NCBI GenBank assembly: GCA_046350795.1
Contig: JAXLZT010000001.1
Span: forward strand, 309,780-373,779
From: Minisyncoccota bacterium
GTDB lineage: Bacteria; Patescibacteriota; Minisyncoccia; Phycocordibacterales; CALRHW01
DNA: 64,000 nt
Direction of reading: 5' to 3'
This document shows, one piece after another, positions 17,933-28,900 of the stretch. The translations under genes were made by a program, and so were the position numbers. Numbering within the stretch: position 1 is the first letter of the stretch; every line of letters starts with the position of its first letter. The notes below the pieces were generated by a model that was not told the origin of the DNA, did no database searches, and saw nothing but the letters and a program-made list of their open reading frames with translations.

Positions 17933-18901
17933 TTGTTATCCACAAAAAAATCGTTCAAAATGCTTGTTCGAAAAGTTATACTTATAGCAATGAATAACGA
18001 GCTCTATTTTGAAGGAAAAAAGTACATCTCGGCTAAACGAGCTTCTGAATTATCTGGCTATAATTCGGATTATATCGGACAACTCTGTCGTGGGAACAAA
18101 ATTGATGCTAGACGTGTCGGAAGGGGTTGGTTTATTGGAGAAAATTCTATTTTAGAACATAAAAAAAATGCTTCAGAAAAAGTGAGAGGAACCATATCTT
18201 TTCCACCAACAGTAAGCCACTATTTTGATTCAATTTCTGAAAAGGTAAATACTCCCGATCCATCTCATCTTTCTCTGTCCTCTATCTTTGATCCAAAGCT
18301 TAAACAAGCATTGTTTTATTTAGCTCTTGTTCCTTTTGTATCAGCGATATTTTTCTTAGTTAGTATTTCTTATAACAAAAGTTTTCAAGCAAATGTAGCA
18401 GTGGTTTCTGAGAAAATAGTTTCTTTTCAACAAAATCTTGTAGCCAATACAGCGTCACATGTGACTGACTATGTGACACTTGTTGATCAATCATCAGATG
18501 CTTCTTCAGTGAATAAAACATCTTTTGTGATAGGAAAAATTTTTGGCAGTATAGCAAAATCTTTTAATCGCTTGGCTTTGGGTACATATCGTTTTGTGTC
18601 AGCATTGTTTAACTTCGATACGGTAAACACTTTTGTGATGCGTGACACAAATCATTTTGATGGTGTCGCGGATACCGGTACTACAAAAGATTTGGGTGAT
18701 GGTCGTATCGGCATAGTGACATCTCCAAGTACCGGTAATTCAATGGCAGATGAAAGGCTTAAACAAAAAATTAAAGATTCATTTTCAGATGAGACAAAAG
18801 TATATCCAGATGACACAGGCACATCTGGTGTAATAAAGCCTGTATTTAAAAAATCATCTGATCAGGATTATTTGTATGTGGTGGTACCAGTGAGTCCGTA
18901 G
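17933..18901 (+). CDS. hypothetical membrane protein (N-terminal HTH-like segment, one TM helix, Ser/Thr-rich exterior)
   Basis: The ORF has a hydrophobic segment 'LFYLALVPFVSAIFFLVSISY'. No family was recognised, and the start is uncertain (an alternative Met is at MNNELYF). Confidence 0.4.
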   Translation: MLSTKKSFKMLVRKVILIAMNNELYFEGKKYISAKRASELSGYNSDYIGQLCRGNKIDARRVGRGWFIGENSILEHKKNASEKVRGTISFPPTVSHYFDSISEKVNTPDPSHLSLSSIFDPKLKQALFYLALVPFVSAIFFLVSISYNKSFQANVAVVSEKIVSFQQNLVANTASHVTDYVTLVDQSSDASSVNKTSFVIGKIFGSIAKSFNRLALGTYRFVSALFNFDTVNTFVMRDTNHFDGVADTGTTKDLGDGRIGIVTSPSTGNSMADERLKQKIKDSFSDETKVYPDDTGTSGVIKPVFKKSSDQDYLYVVVPVSP

Positions 18902-18996
18902 TTTATGTTTATTCTCGGTGCTCTATTTTAGAGCTTCGAGAATAGGTTTAAACCTATATAAAGGTCGACATTAAAAAATAAAATTATTAAAAAGTT

Positions 18997-19674
18997 ATGA
19001 GAAAAATAAATGTAAGACAATCAATAGCCACAAGTTTCTTCATTACTCTTACATTGGCGTTTGGTTTTGGGATTATAGAACCAGCGATTACGAGAGCTAT
19101 TGAAGATCAGTTTACTATCACACAGACAATCACTTCAGAAATTTCATTCGTTACAACAACAAACGATGTGGTGATGTCAGGTTCTATTGCCGGTCTCACT
19201 GGAGGTGTGGCATATGGATCTACTACCGTAAGAATCTTTACCAACGATAATGCAGGATTTACTGCAACAATAAAAGCAAGTAGTTCTCCTGCTATGCAAG
19301 GAAATTCTCAAGGTGGAAGTATAGCTGATTACACACCAGCTGTAGCTGGTATACCAGACTATGCGTATTCAGTACCTACCGGCGAAGAGTTTGGATTTAC
19401 TGTGTCAGGAAGTTCTACTTCTTATATGGCGCAAAAGTTTCTAGATAATGCTTCTAACGCATGTAACTTTTCTGGGGGATCTGATACAGGTTCTTCAGCA
19501 ACATGTTGGATGGGTCTATCAACTGTAGCTACTTCCACTCTCGTATCTAATACATTTACTGCTGCTTCAGGTGCAACATCAACATTTGTATTTAGAACAA
19601 CTGTAAATTCTGGTAGCTCACTTCCAGAAGATACATATGTAGCTACAACGACAATTACAGCTACTACAAACTAA
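18997..19674 (+). CDS. secreted beta-rich surface protein, paralogue A (signal peptide; Thr/Ser-rich)
   Basis: It has a signal peptide (FFITLTLAFGFGIIEPAITRA). It shares conserved blocks with 20652..21419 (ITGG..GST.V, TA(T/S)I.ASSSPA, ADYT, PDY.(Y/F)SV, NACN..GSDT...CW..LST, Y.ATTT.TA). Confidence 0.6.
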   Translation: MRKINVRQSIATSFFITLTLAFGFGIIEPAITRAIEDQFTITQTITSEISFVTTTNDVVMSGSIAGLTGGVAYGSTTVRIFTNDNAGFTATIKASSSPAMQGNSQGGSIADYTPAVAGIPDYAYSVPTGEEFGFTVSGSSTSYMAQKFLDNASNACNFSGGSDTGSSATCWMGLSTVATSTLVSNTFTAASGATSTFVFRTTVNSGSSLPEDTYVATTTITATTN

Positions 19675-19683
19675 TTAATTCCG

Positions 19684-20649
19684 ATGAAAGCAAAACAAAA
19701 AAAATACATATTCAGATTGGCCGTTTCAGTCATTGCTATTGTTCTTTTTCTTGTGTCAAAGGGTTTTGTTTCTGCTTATGTGATAGAAACAATTCCTGGA
19801 CAAGATGTATTTGGAGACTTTGTTGCCGGTCCTGGAAAAGTTGAATTAGAAGTAAAACCAGGAGAAAGTGTGACAAGGAATATTACAGTGACAAACAGAA
19901 TGGGCGACACACGTTTTTTCAATTTAGATGTAGAGGATTTTACTGGCTCTAGTGATACAGAGACACCAGTAGTTCTCCTTGGTGATGAAAAGGGACCATA
20001 TTCTCTAAAAGATTATATTTCTTTTCCAGAAAAAACATTTGAATTGAAGCATGGTCAACGTGCTGTCATACCTGTAACAGTATCTGTGCCATCAGATGCA
20101 CAGCCAGGTGGTCTATATGGTAGTGTCCTCTCAAGTACTGTTTCAAAGCCAGGACAAAATGGTGGTGCAAAAAATTCCATTATTGCTCGTATAGGAACAT
20201 TGTTTTTTGTTACTGTACCTGGTCCAGTGAATCATGAGGGATCTCTTAAGGAATTTTCGACAAAGGGTTTGCAAAAGCTCTTTGGGTCTGGACCTATAGG
20301 TTTTAGATTACTTTATGAAAATAAAGGAAACGTTTACGTGAATCCATCAGGAGAAATTCGTATTCGTAATCTGATGGGAAAAGAAGTTGCAAACATTGAG
20401 GTTGAGCCTTGGTTTGCAATGCCAAACTCACTTCGTTCACGCGAGGTAGAGTGGAAAAGTTCTTTCTTAATTGGAAAATACACCGCAACAGCATCTATAG
20501 ATAGAGGATATGACAATATTGTAGATACAATGGAGTTTTCTTTTTGGGTTATCCCAGTAAAACTCTTGGCTCTTTTTGTTGTCGTGCTCGCAATATTTAT
20601 TTTGGGCGTAAGATTTATAATCACTCGATTTGAGATCAGGAAGAAGTAA
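19684..20649 (+). CDS. cell-surface protein with signal peptide and C-terminal TM anchor (Ig-like/DUF916-DUF3324-like architecture)
   Basis: It has an N-terminal signal/TM segment, a predicted beta-rich ectodomain (VELEVKPGESVTRNITVTN...DVEDF), and a C-terminal hydrophobic anchor 'LLALFVVVLAIFILGV' followed by a basic tail. Confidence 0.55.
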   Translation: MKAKQKKYIFRLAVSVIAIVLFLVSKGFVSAYVIETIPGQDVFGDFVAGPGKVELEVKPGESVTRNITVTNRMGDTRFFNLDVEDFTGSSDTETPVVLLGDEKGPYSLKDYISFPEKTFELKHGQRAVIPVTVSVPSDAQPGGLYGSVLSSTVSKPGQNGGAKNSIIARIGTLFFVTVPGPVNHEGSLKEFSTKGLQKLFGSGPIGFRLLYENKGNVYVNPSGEIRIRNLMGKEVANIEVEPWFAMPNSLRSREVEWKSSFLIGKYTATASIDRGYDNIVDTMEFSFWVIPVKLLALFVVVLAIFILGVRFIITRFEIRKK

Positions 20650-20651
20650 AA

Positions 20652-21419
20652 ATGTCTAAGACAAAGATTTACATTTCATCATTTATCTTAACAGTGCTTT
20701 TTGCTTGGATTATTTCTGAAAAAATTTCTTTTGCTCAAATGACCGGTACTGCTTATAAAATTCAAAGCGACAGTATAAATTTTGGAGGAGGGTATTCTAC
20801 TTCCACTACTTATAGAGGAGAAAGTACTTTAGGAGAAATGTCTACAGGAGACTCGGAGAGCACAAACTACAAAATGTATGCTGGTTATCAGCAGATGCAA
20901 AGGGTATATATCGCCATCTCTGCTGTGTCAGATGTGACTATGAGTTCAAGTCTTGGCGGTATTACTGGAGGTACTTCAAATGGTTCTACAAATGTGACAG
21001 TGACTACAGATAGTCCGTCAGGATATCAACTCACTATTACAGCTAGTTCATCACCAGCCTTGGTTTCTGGTTCAAATAGTTTTGCGGATTATACGGTGGG
21101 TACACCTGGTACCCCTGATTACAATTTTTCTGTTCTCGCTACTGATTCTGAGTTTGCTTTTTCTCCAGAGGGTACAGATATTGCAAACAAGTATAAAGAT
21201 AATGGCACAAATGCTTGTAACACTGGATCGAGTGACACAGCAGATAAGTGTTGGGATGCACTTTCTACAAGTGCTCAGGTTATCGCAAATAGAACTTCTG
21301 GTAACCATCCTTCCGGTACGGTGACCACTATAAAGTTTCGTGCAGAGTCTGGTGCATCACATTTACAGCCAGAAGGTGTTTACACAGCCACTACTACCGT
21401 AACAGCATTACCTCTATAA
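20652..21419 (+). CDS. secreted beta-rich surface protein, paralogue C
   Basis: It is a paralogue of 18997..19674 (same ordered motif blocks) and has a signal peptide. Confidence 0.6.
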   Translation: MSKTKIYISSFILTVLFAWIISEKISFAQMTGTAYKIQSDSINFGGGYSTSTTYRGESTLGEMSTGDSESTNYKMYAGYQQMQRVYIAISAVSDVTMSSSLGGITGGTSNGSTNVTVTTDSPSGYQLTITASSSPALVSGSNSFADYTVGTPGTPDYNFSVLATDSEFAFSPEGTDIANKYKDNGTNACNTGSSDTADKCWDALSTSAQVIANRTSGNHPSGTVTTIKFRAESGASHLQPEGVYTATTTVTALPL

Positions 21420-21424
21420 AAATA

Positions 21425-22984
21425 ATGACTAGGTTTATCAAAATAATCTTTATAGCAATAATAGCATGTGGTTTCTTTTCTTTTACTCATGCAGCAGAAG
21501 ATACATTTCAGATAACCCAGACCATTATTAGTTCGGATTCAACAGCTCCTTCTGTGCCGACAAATCTTGTAGCTACTGCAGTATCTAGTTCTCAGATAGA
21601 TCTTTCATGGACAGCTTCTACGGATGTTGTGGGTGTCACGGGATATCAAGTATTTAAAGATTCAGTTTTTCTCGCTACATCTACTGGTACAACATATTCA
21701 AGCACAGGACTTTCTCCAGAAACAGCTTACACATACACAGTGACCGCGTTTGATAGTTCATTAAATATATCTGCACAGTCAAATCCAGCCACAGCGACCA
21801 CTCTAGCAGTAGAGGTTGCTCCTCCTACTGATACGGGCGGTAGTAGTGGAACACAAATGTTGATTCTTCTAAATCTCACAGTTGAACCCTCTCTGTACGG
21901 TTCTCTTATACAGTTTGAGACCAATCTGTATTCTCAGGCGGTAGTTTCTTGGGGGCTCACTCCAGATTATGAAATGGGAAGTCTAGCAGAGCAGTCTCTC
22001 ATGACAAATCACTCTATTAATATAGAGGGGCTCACTCCAGGTACTCTTTACTACTTTAAAATAGATCTCACTGATAATTTTGGACGGAAGCTTTCTCTAA
22101 ATAATCAGACATTTACTACAAAGTCTTTGCCGGATACTACGCCACCACAAAACGTTACAAATCTGTATGCGATAGGAAATGAGCAGACCATCAATCTATC
22201 ATGGAACAATCCAAACCTTGATTTTGATGAAGTACGTATTGTGCGTTCAGACAAATTTTATCCACAAGATTTGTTTGATGGAAAAATAATATACGAAGGT
22301 AGTGATGAGCAATTTCCAGATACAGACGTTATATATGGAAAATGGTATTACTACACACTCTTTGTAAAAGATTCCTTTGGCAACTATTCATCTGGAGCGG
22401 TGGCAAAAGCGAGACTCTATAAGATAGGTGAAAAAAAAGAAGAGGGAAATCTGTTTGAAGATATAAAAGAAATCGCAGGGGCGCTAGTCCATCCACTTAT
22501 AAAAGGTTTGACACTTCTTGATTTGGATTTTTTCCAAAACGGAAAAAAGCTCACTGTAAATTCAAATACTGTAGAGATACAGGGAGACAGAGAGTTAAAA
22601 ATTTCTCTAGCATACAACAAAGTGCCAGAAATTTTAAAAACCATTGCTCTTACTATGAGAGATCCGGATGATAAGACAAAAACTTTTTCTTTTCTACTCC
22701 GGGTAAACAAAGACAAGACAGCGTATGAAGCGACCATTGCGCCTCTCGGCCGATCAGGCAACTTCGAGTTTGGTATTGCTATCCTAGATCACAAAAATCA
22801 GGGATTAAAAAAACTAGCCGGAGTCATTGTGTCACTAGTGCCACATCTCGGGCCAGAGACAGATATTTCTTGGGTAATGTTTATTGAATGGATAAAAAAT
22901 AATTTTGCGACAATCATTGTTACATTGCTTCTCATTGTCTCAATTTACTTTGGTTTTAGGTTTGCACGTGCACTTAAAAAATAA
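21425..22984 (+). CDS. surface protein with fibronectin type III domains and C-terminal TM anchor
   Basis: FN3 signatures are 'PSVPTNLVATAVSSSQIDLSWTAS...GYQVF...TYTYTVTAFD' and a second copy 'PPQNVTNLYAIGNEQTINLSWNNP'. The N-terminal post-signal motif 'AEDTFQITQTI' is shared with paralogue A ('AIEDQFTITQTI'). A C-terminal TM helix is present. Confidence 0.6.
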   Translation: MTRFIKIIFIAIIACGFFSFTHAAEDTFQITQTIISSDSTAPSVPTNLVATAVSSSQIDLSWTASTDVVGVTGYQVFKDSVFLATSTGTTYSSTGLSPETAYTYTVTAFDSSLNISAQSNPATATTLAVEVAPPTDTGGSSGTQMLILLNLTVEPSLYGSLIQFETNLYSQAVVSWGLTPDYEMGSLAEQSLMTNHSINIEGLTPGTLYYFKIDLTDNFGRKLSLNNQTFTTKSLPDTTPPQNVTNLYAIGNEQTINLSWNNPNLDFDEVRIVRSDKFYPQDLFDGKIIYEGSDEQFPDTDVIYGKWYYYTLFVKDSFGNYSSGAVAKARLYKIGEKKEEGNLFEDIKEIAGALVHPLIKGLTLLDLDFFQNGKKLTVNSNTVEIQGDRELKISLAYNKVPEILKTIALTMRDPDDKTKTFSFLLRVNKDKTAYEATIAPLGRSGNFEFGIAILDHKNQGLKKLAGVIVSLVPHLGPETDISWVMFIEWIKNNFATIIVTLLLIVSIYFGFRFARALKK

Positions 22985-22987
22985 AAA

Positions 22988-25900
22988 ATGAATTTCATTA
23001 TTAAAAACATAATAAAAGCAAGACGTCTTTTCAAAAAGAGCGTTGTTGTTTTTGTGGTGTTTGTAATGGTGATCACTCAGATTTTTGCTGGTGGAATTGT
23101 TTTCAAAAACAATATTGCAGAGGCGGCGATAAATAAACAGATTAATTATCAAGGAAAACTTACAAATACAAGCAACGTGGCTGTGGCAGACGGCACATAC
23201 CACATGAAGTTTTATCTATATACTGTGGCGACGGGCGGATCACCTGTATGGACTGAGGATAGAAGTACTGCTGTCGGAGATCGTGTGGCTGTTACTAACG
23301 GTTTGTTTAGTGTAATGCTCGGTAGCTCTACACCGCTTACTAGTGTTGATTTCAATCAGACTCTTTATCTTGGCGTAGAAATAGGTGGATCATCAGGTTC
23401 TCCTTCATGGGATGGCGAAATGACTCCTAGAAAAGTAATAGGCGCAGTACCCGCTGCTTTTGTGGCTGATACTCTAGACAATATTTCAAGCGAGCAGTTT
23501 TTGCGAGCTGATGCAAGCAATTCAACATCTACCGCTACATCATGGCTTTCTTTTGTACAAAACGGTGCTGGCAAGATAGCTGAATTTTTTGGTCCTAGTT
23601 CTGCATCTGTGCTTTCTATATTAAGTGGAGGAAACGTTGGTGTGGGCACATCATCTCCATATTCAAAACTTTCTGTGGCAGGAAATGTTGTTGCAAATAA
23701 TTTTTATGCAACCTCATCTAATTCTTACAACTATTTCATGGGCACAACTACAGTTGGTACGCTTAGTCCTTCTTCAAAACTCACCGTATCTGAGGGTAAT
23801 TATCTGGTAGAAATAGCTGATTTGGATGATCAGAGGGGTCTGCATGTTTCTGATGGAGGTAACTCTGCAAGTATAGTAGACTCATCAGCTGGCGCTGGAA
23901 TAAGTGCTACAGGTGGCACCTATGGAGTGTTGGGTTCAAATAACTCTGCTAGTGGATATGCGATTTTTGCACAACAAGACAATTCTGCTGGTTATGGAAT
24001 CTGGTCATCTGGTGGTCAAAATTATTTCCAAGGAAATGTTGGTATTGGAACATCTTCTCCTTATGCGCCACTTTCTGTACTTGGTCAAATAGTAGGATCA
24101 TATTTCACAGCCACAACATCTATAGCATCTACATTCCCATATGCTTCATCTACTGCGCTCACCGTATCTGGCACAGGATATTTTGGGACTGCTTCAACAA
24201 CAAACCTCACCGTTTCTTCAGCACCAAACTGTAGTGGATCAAGTGCTCTAAATACAAATTCATCAGGAGTAGTGTCCTGTGGAGCTATTACAGGATTTTC
24301 TACTTTCTCTTATCCTTTCACTTCAGCCACAAACTTCGGAGTAAATACTTCAGCTACATCTACAGCACTCTGGGCACAAGCTGGTATATTTGCTTCTTCT
24401 ACTTCGTATTTCCCACTAGGTACTTGGAGATCAGATGGTTTTGTGGGTATCGGCACATCTTCTCCTTTGTATACTTTGCATGTTGCTTCTACTACTAGCG
24501 CTACCACAGGTGTGCAGGATGTGATGGCTGTAGAGATTACTACTTCTGGAAACCCAGCTGCTGGTTTTGGTCCAAGTATTCTTTTTAAAGATGCTGGTGC
24601 AAATGCAGATCACTTGGCAAGAATAGCAGCGGTGTATGAAGCGATTTCTGGTGGAGGTGGAACAAAAGGAGGAGCGCTTTCTTTCTACACAAATCCTTCT
24701 GCTACAGCCGGATCAGCAAATCTTGCTGAAAGAATGAGAATTTCTCTTGATGGTAACGTCGGCATCGGCACCACATCTCCATACGCAAAACTTTCTATTG
24801 TAGGTCAGGTAGTAGGTGCATACTTCACTGCAACAACATCTACAGCTTCTACATTCCCATATGCAAGTACTACTGCTTTGACTGTCTCTGGTACTGGATA
24901 TTTTGCTGGATCTGGTATTTGGAATTCTTCTGGTTTCCTTGGTGTGGGAACTACATCTCCATGGGCACAGCTATCAATTAATCCAAACGGTATTGGTTCA
25001 GGTCCATCATTTGCGATAGGTTCTTCTACAAAGACGGATTTTATTGTTTTAAATAATGGTCGGGTTGGTGTAGGTACTACTTCTCCAGCTGGAACATTTG
25101 CAGTGCAAGGTAAAACAGGTGGATCTAACGGTTTGGGCGCTGGTGACAATATTTTCTTGACTGCTGGTACTGGAAATATCGGTAAGGGTGGAAAAGTTAT
25201 TATTACTGGAGGTTTGGGTGGAACAACTGGACTCAACCAAGATGAAGCTGGGGGAGATATTTTGATTACTGCTGGAAGTGCTAATTATGTAGATGGTGTA
25301 GGTAATGGTGGTAACGTATTTATTGATCCAGGTGCAAATTCACCAGGCGGTATTATTGGAAATATTCTTCTCGCTACTACAAATGCTGGCAACGTCGGCA
25401 TCGGCACCACATCTCCGTATGCAAAACTTTCTGTCGTTGGACAAGTCGTTGCGTCATACTTCATCGCAACATCATCTACAGCGTCTACATTCCCATATGC
25501 AAGTACTACCGCTTTGACTGTTTCAGGAAGTGCGTACATCGGATCTCTCAATGGTCCACTTCAAGCAAACAACGGTCTTGTATCCGCAACATCTTCAATA
25601 GGTGTACTGTATGGTGGCACAGGACTTACTTCTGCTCCTTCATATGGTCAGCTTTTATTGGGAAATTCTTCTAGTGGTTACACACTTACCGCAACATCAT
25701 CTCTCGGTCTTTTGAGTAGTTCTGCCATAGGTACAGGATCTATTGGTCAATTTCCATATTATGCTGGATCAGGAAACACACTCACTGCAACATCAGGGGT
25801 AATCATTAATACTTTAGGAAACGTTGGTATAGGTACTACTTCTCCCGCTAATTCTTCAAAGCTTGGTGTCGCGGGTAATACATTTATTGGTGGCACTCTT

Positions 25901-28900
25901 ACTACGACCGGTGCGATTACATCTGGTGCTGGTATTAGTTTGACTGGCGATATAAATATTAGTGCTGCGACAAATAGATCAATAACTGCAAGTGGAGATG
26001 GTGTTACAGCCGGATCTTTCACTATTCAAGGTGTAAACTCTTTCGGCTCTGCGCCAGGCTCATTAAAATTGATAGCTGGAAGTGATGGTGACACTGCAAA
26101 TGCTGGTGCAAATATTTATATAAGTGGAGGAACTGGTTCTAGTGATGGAAATGTAATTCTTGGGCACAATGGTTCTCAGAATATTGGCAACGTTGGCATC
26201 GGCACCACATCTCCATATGCAAAACTCTCCGTCGTCGGCCAAGTCGTTGCGTCATACTTCACAGCGACATCATCTACAGCGTCTACATTCCCATATGCAA
26301 GTACTACAATGATCACTGCTACCACAGCAAGTACTACCAATCTAACAATCTCAGGTATATCAGGTTGTAGCGGATCCAACGCTCTTACTACAAATTCATC
26401 TGGCGTCGTAGCTTGTGGAGCTATTTCAGGGGGTGGTGGAACATTCCCATTCACACCTACAACAAACTTCGGAGTAAACACTTCAGCTACATCTACAGCA
26501 CTTTGGGCACAAGCTGGTATATATGCTTCTTCTACTTCTTATTTCCCACTAGGCACTTGGAATTCATCTGGATCACTTGGTGTAGGTACCACATCTCCTT
26601 GGGGACTTTTGTCTGTTCAGGGTCTGTCAGATATTCCTCAGCTTGTTGTAAAAGCAAACAGCACACAAACATCAAATCTCTTTGAGCTAAGAAATAGTTC
26701 TGGATCGAGACTTTCTAGTATTAGTGGTACTGGTTATACATTTAAAGTGAATGAGACTGGTGCTGTGACTACAATAGGTGGATATCCGGGCAGTGAATCT
26801 ACTTATTCTGGCGTTTGGCTAGCGCAATCTTCTCCAAGTGGATCAAATTATTCTTTGTTAGCTGATACTTCTGATACTTACATTAATGCGCCAGTATCCA
26901 ACTTAAGATTCCGTATTGGTAATAGTGAAAAAGTTGTAATTTCTGATTCTTCTGGATTTACTGCGTATGATATTTATTCAACAAACGGTGCTATTTTAAC
27001 AAATAGAAGTGGACAATTTTACATAGACAATTTAAATGCATCTGGGGATATTATTATGCGTCCAGGAAATAAAACAGAAAGTGCTAGATTTACATATGGT
27101 GGTTTTGTGGGAATAGGTACCACATCTCCATGGGCACAGCTTTCTATAAATTCAAACGGTATCACTGGTCCATCATTTGCAATCGGTTCTTCTACCGCAA
27201 CATCTTTCTTGGTGGATAATGGCGGTGGTGTGATGGTGGGTACAACAACACATCTATCTACAGATAAATTGGCTTTAAACGGTGGAAATTTTTATATTAG
27301 AAATCTTACACCACAGTTTGTGTTGCGAGATACCGCGGTTAATGATCAAAACTTTGGAATGAGAATGCAAAGTGGTACGGCCTCATTCTTTAGAGCAAAT
27401 AACGACAGTTCACTTTCTGCTTTCTTGCTTGGTATGGATGTAAATAATGCATACACAGGATTTGCTACATCAGCGCCAAAGGCTCGTATATCTTTGTTGC
27501 GTGGCACAACTGCTGCTGAAGGTATTAATTTTGGAGATGATGTTAATTTATACAGAAGTGCTGCAGATTCACTTAAGACAGACGACAACTTTTATGTAAG
27601 CACAGGAATTGTGCTTGAGGCGGGTTCAAGTGGTCGCATTTATGCAAACGGAGGTTTGGTAAATCTTTCTAGTGCAAGTAATTCACGCGTTCGTACTACA
27701 GATACAGGTGTGGCAATAGATAGAGATATCGCAGATGGTTCTACAGCGCTTTATGTAAAACAAATCAATGCTAGTGCTACAGGTAATATATTTGAATTGG
27801 CAAATAGCTCTGCGACTACAACTGTATTTACTCAGGCTGGTTTGCTTGGGTTGGGTACTACATCTCCATTTGCAAAGTTATCTATTCATTTAAAATCTAC
27901 TGAAACATACGGAAATATTTTTGCTATTGCTTCTTCTACAGCGAGCGCAACCACAACACTATTTACTGTATCCAACACAGGAGTAACAACCATAGGTGAT
28001 TCTGCTGGTACTGGAGATTCAAATATGCAGTTTGCAAATGACAATGATGCATGGTCAATAGGTTATTCTTCTGCAAATAAAGCGTTTAACATAGCATCTT
28101 CTACTTCTATTTCTACAAACGTTGGATTTACAATAACAAAGGGCACTTCTTTGGCGGTTGGAATTGGTACTACCACACCGTGGAAAGCTTTTTCTGTAAA
28201 CGGCGCCGTTGGTTTTGATGGTCTTACAAGCTCTATAGGAGCCGGATCACTTTGTCTAACTTCAAATAAAGAAGTTGTTTACAATTCAGGTACAGATGCA
28301 TGTTTGTCATCTCTACGCAGTACAAAACACGATATCACAGCTCTTCAGGTAGATGCTTTGTCTTTGATTAATGGTTTGGAAAGTGTGTCTTTCGTATACA
28401 ACGATGGCGATGGTCGTGTCAGATATGGATTTATTGCTGAGGATACTGCAGCTGTAGATCCGCATTTGTCTACATATAATGAATTCGGTAATTTGAGTGG
28501 TATTGATGATCGTGCTATTGCATCTATTTCTGTAAAAGCTATCAAGCAACTAAATATAAATCTAGAGAGCCTGGCTAGTTCAACCCTTGTTTTCGATGAA
28601 GATGCTGTAGAAGGTTCATCAGCTTTCTTTGCTAAAAAGTTCTTCGACAACGTCTTTGCGCGTGTTACAGAATTTTTTGCTGATGCTACAAATGGTGTAG
28701 GAAATATGTTTGCGAATGTATTTATGGCAAAAGAGAAAATCTGTGTTGATGATCAATGTTTGACAAAAGACGATGTAAAGAAGCTTTTGATTATGGTTAA
28801 TAATTCGAATTTTAATAATGAAGATGGTGAAGATGAGGGTGGTTCAAATGGTCACGACAATAGCTCTGGTTCGCCTGTTATTAAATTAAATGGTGAAGAG

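Noticed and set aside
18997-21419. Calling paralogues A/C bona fide WxL-domain proteins
   Set aside because: Only the locus architecture resembles WxL/Csc clusters. The two diagnostic W-x-L motifs are not evident (only CW(M/D)xLS), so homology is left as a hypothesis rather than a feature call.
23365-25551. Multiple antisense and alternative-frame ORFs (23365..23649-, 24805..25236-, 25285..25551-, 25759..26022-, 26176..26481- etc.)
   Set aside because: They fall entirely within the 6.4-kb giant surface-protein gene. They arise from its Gly/Ser/Thr-codon-rich repeats and are Pro/Val-rich low-complexity translations mirroring the sense repeats.
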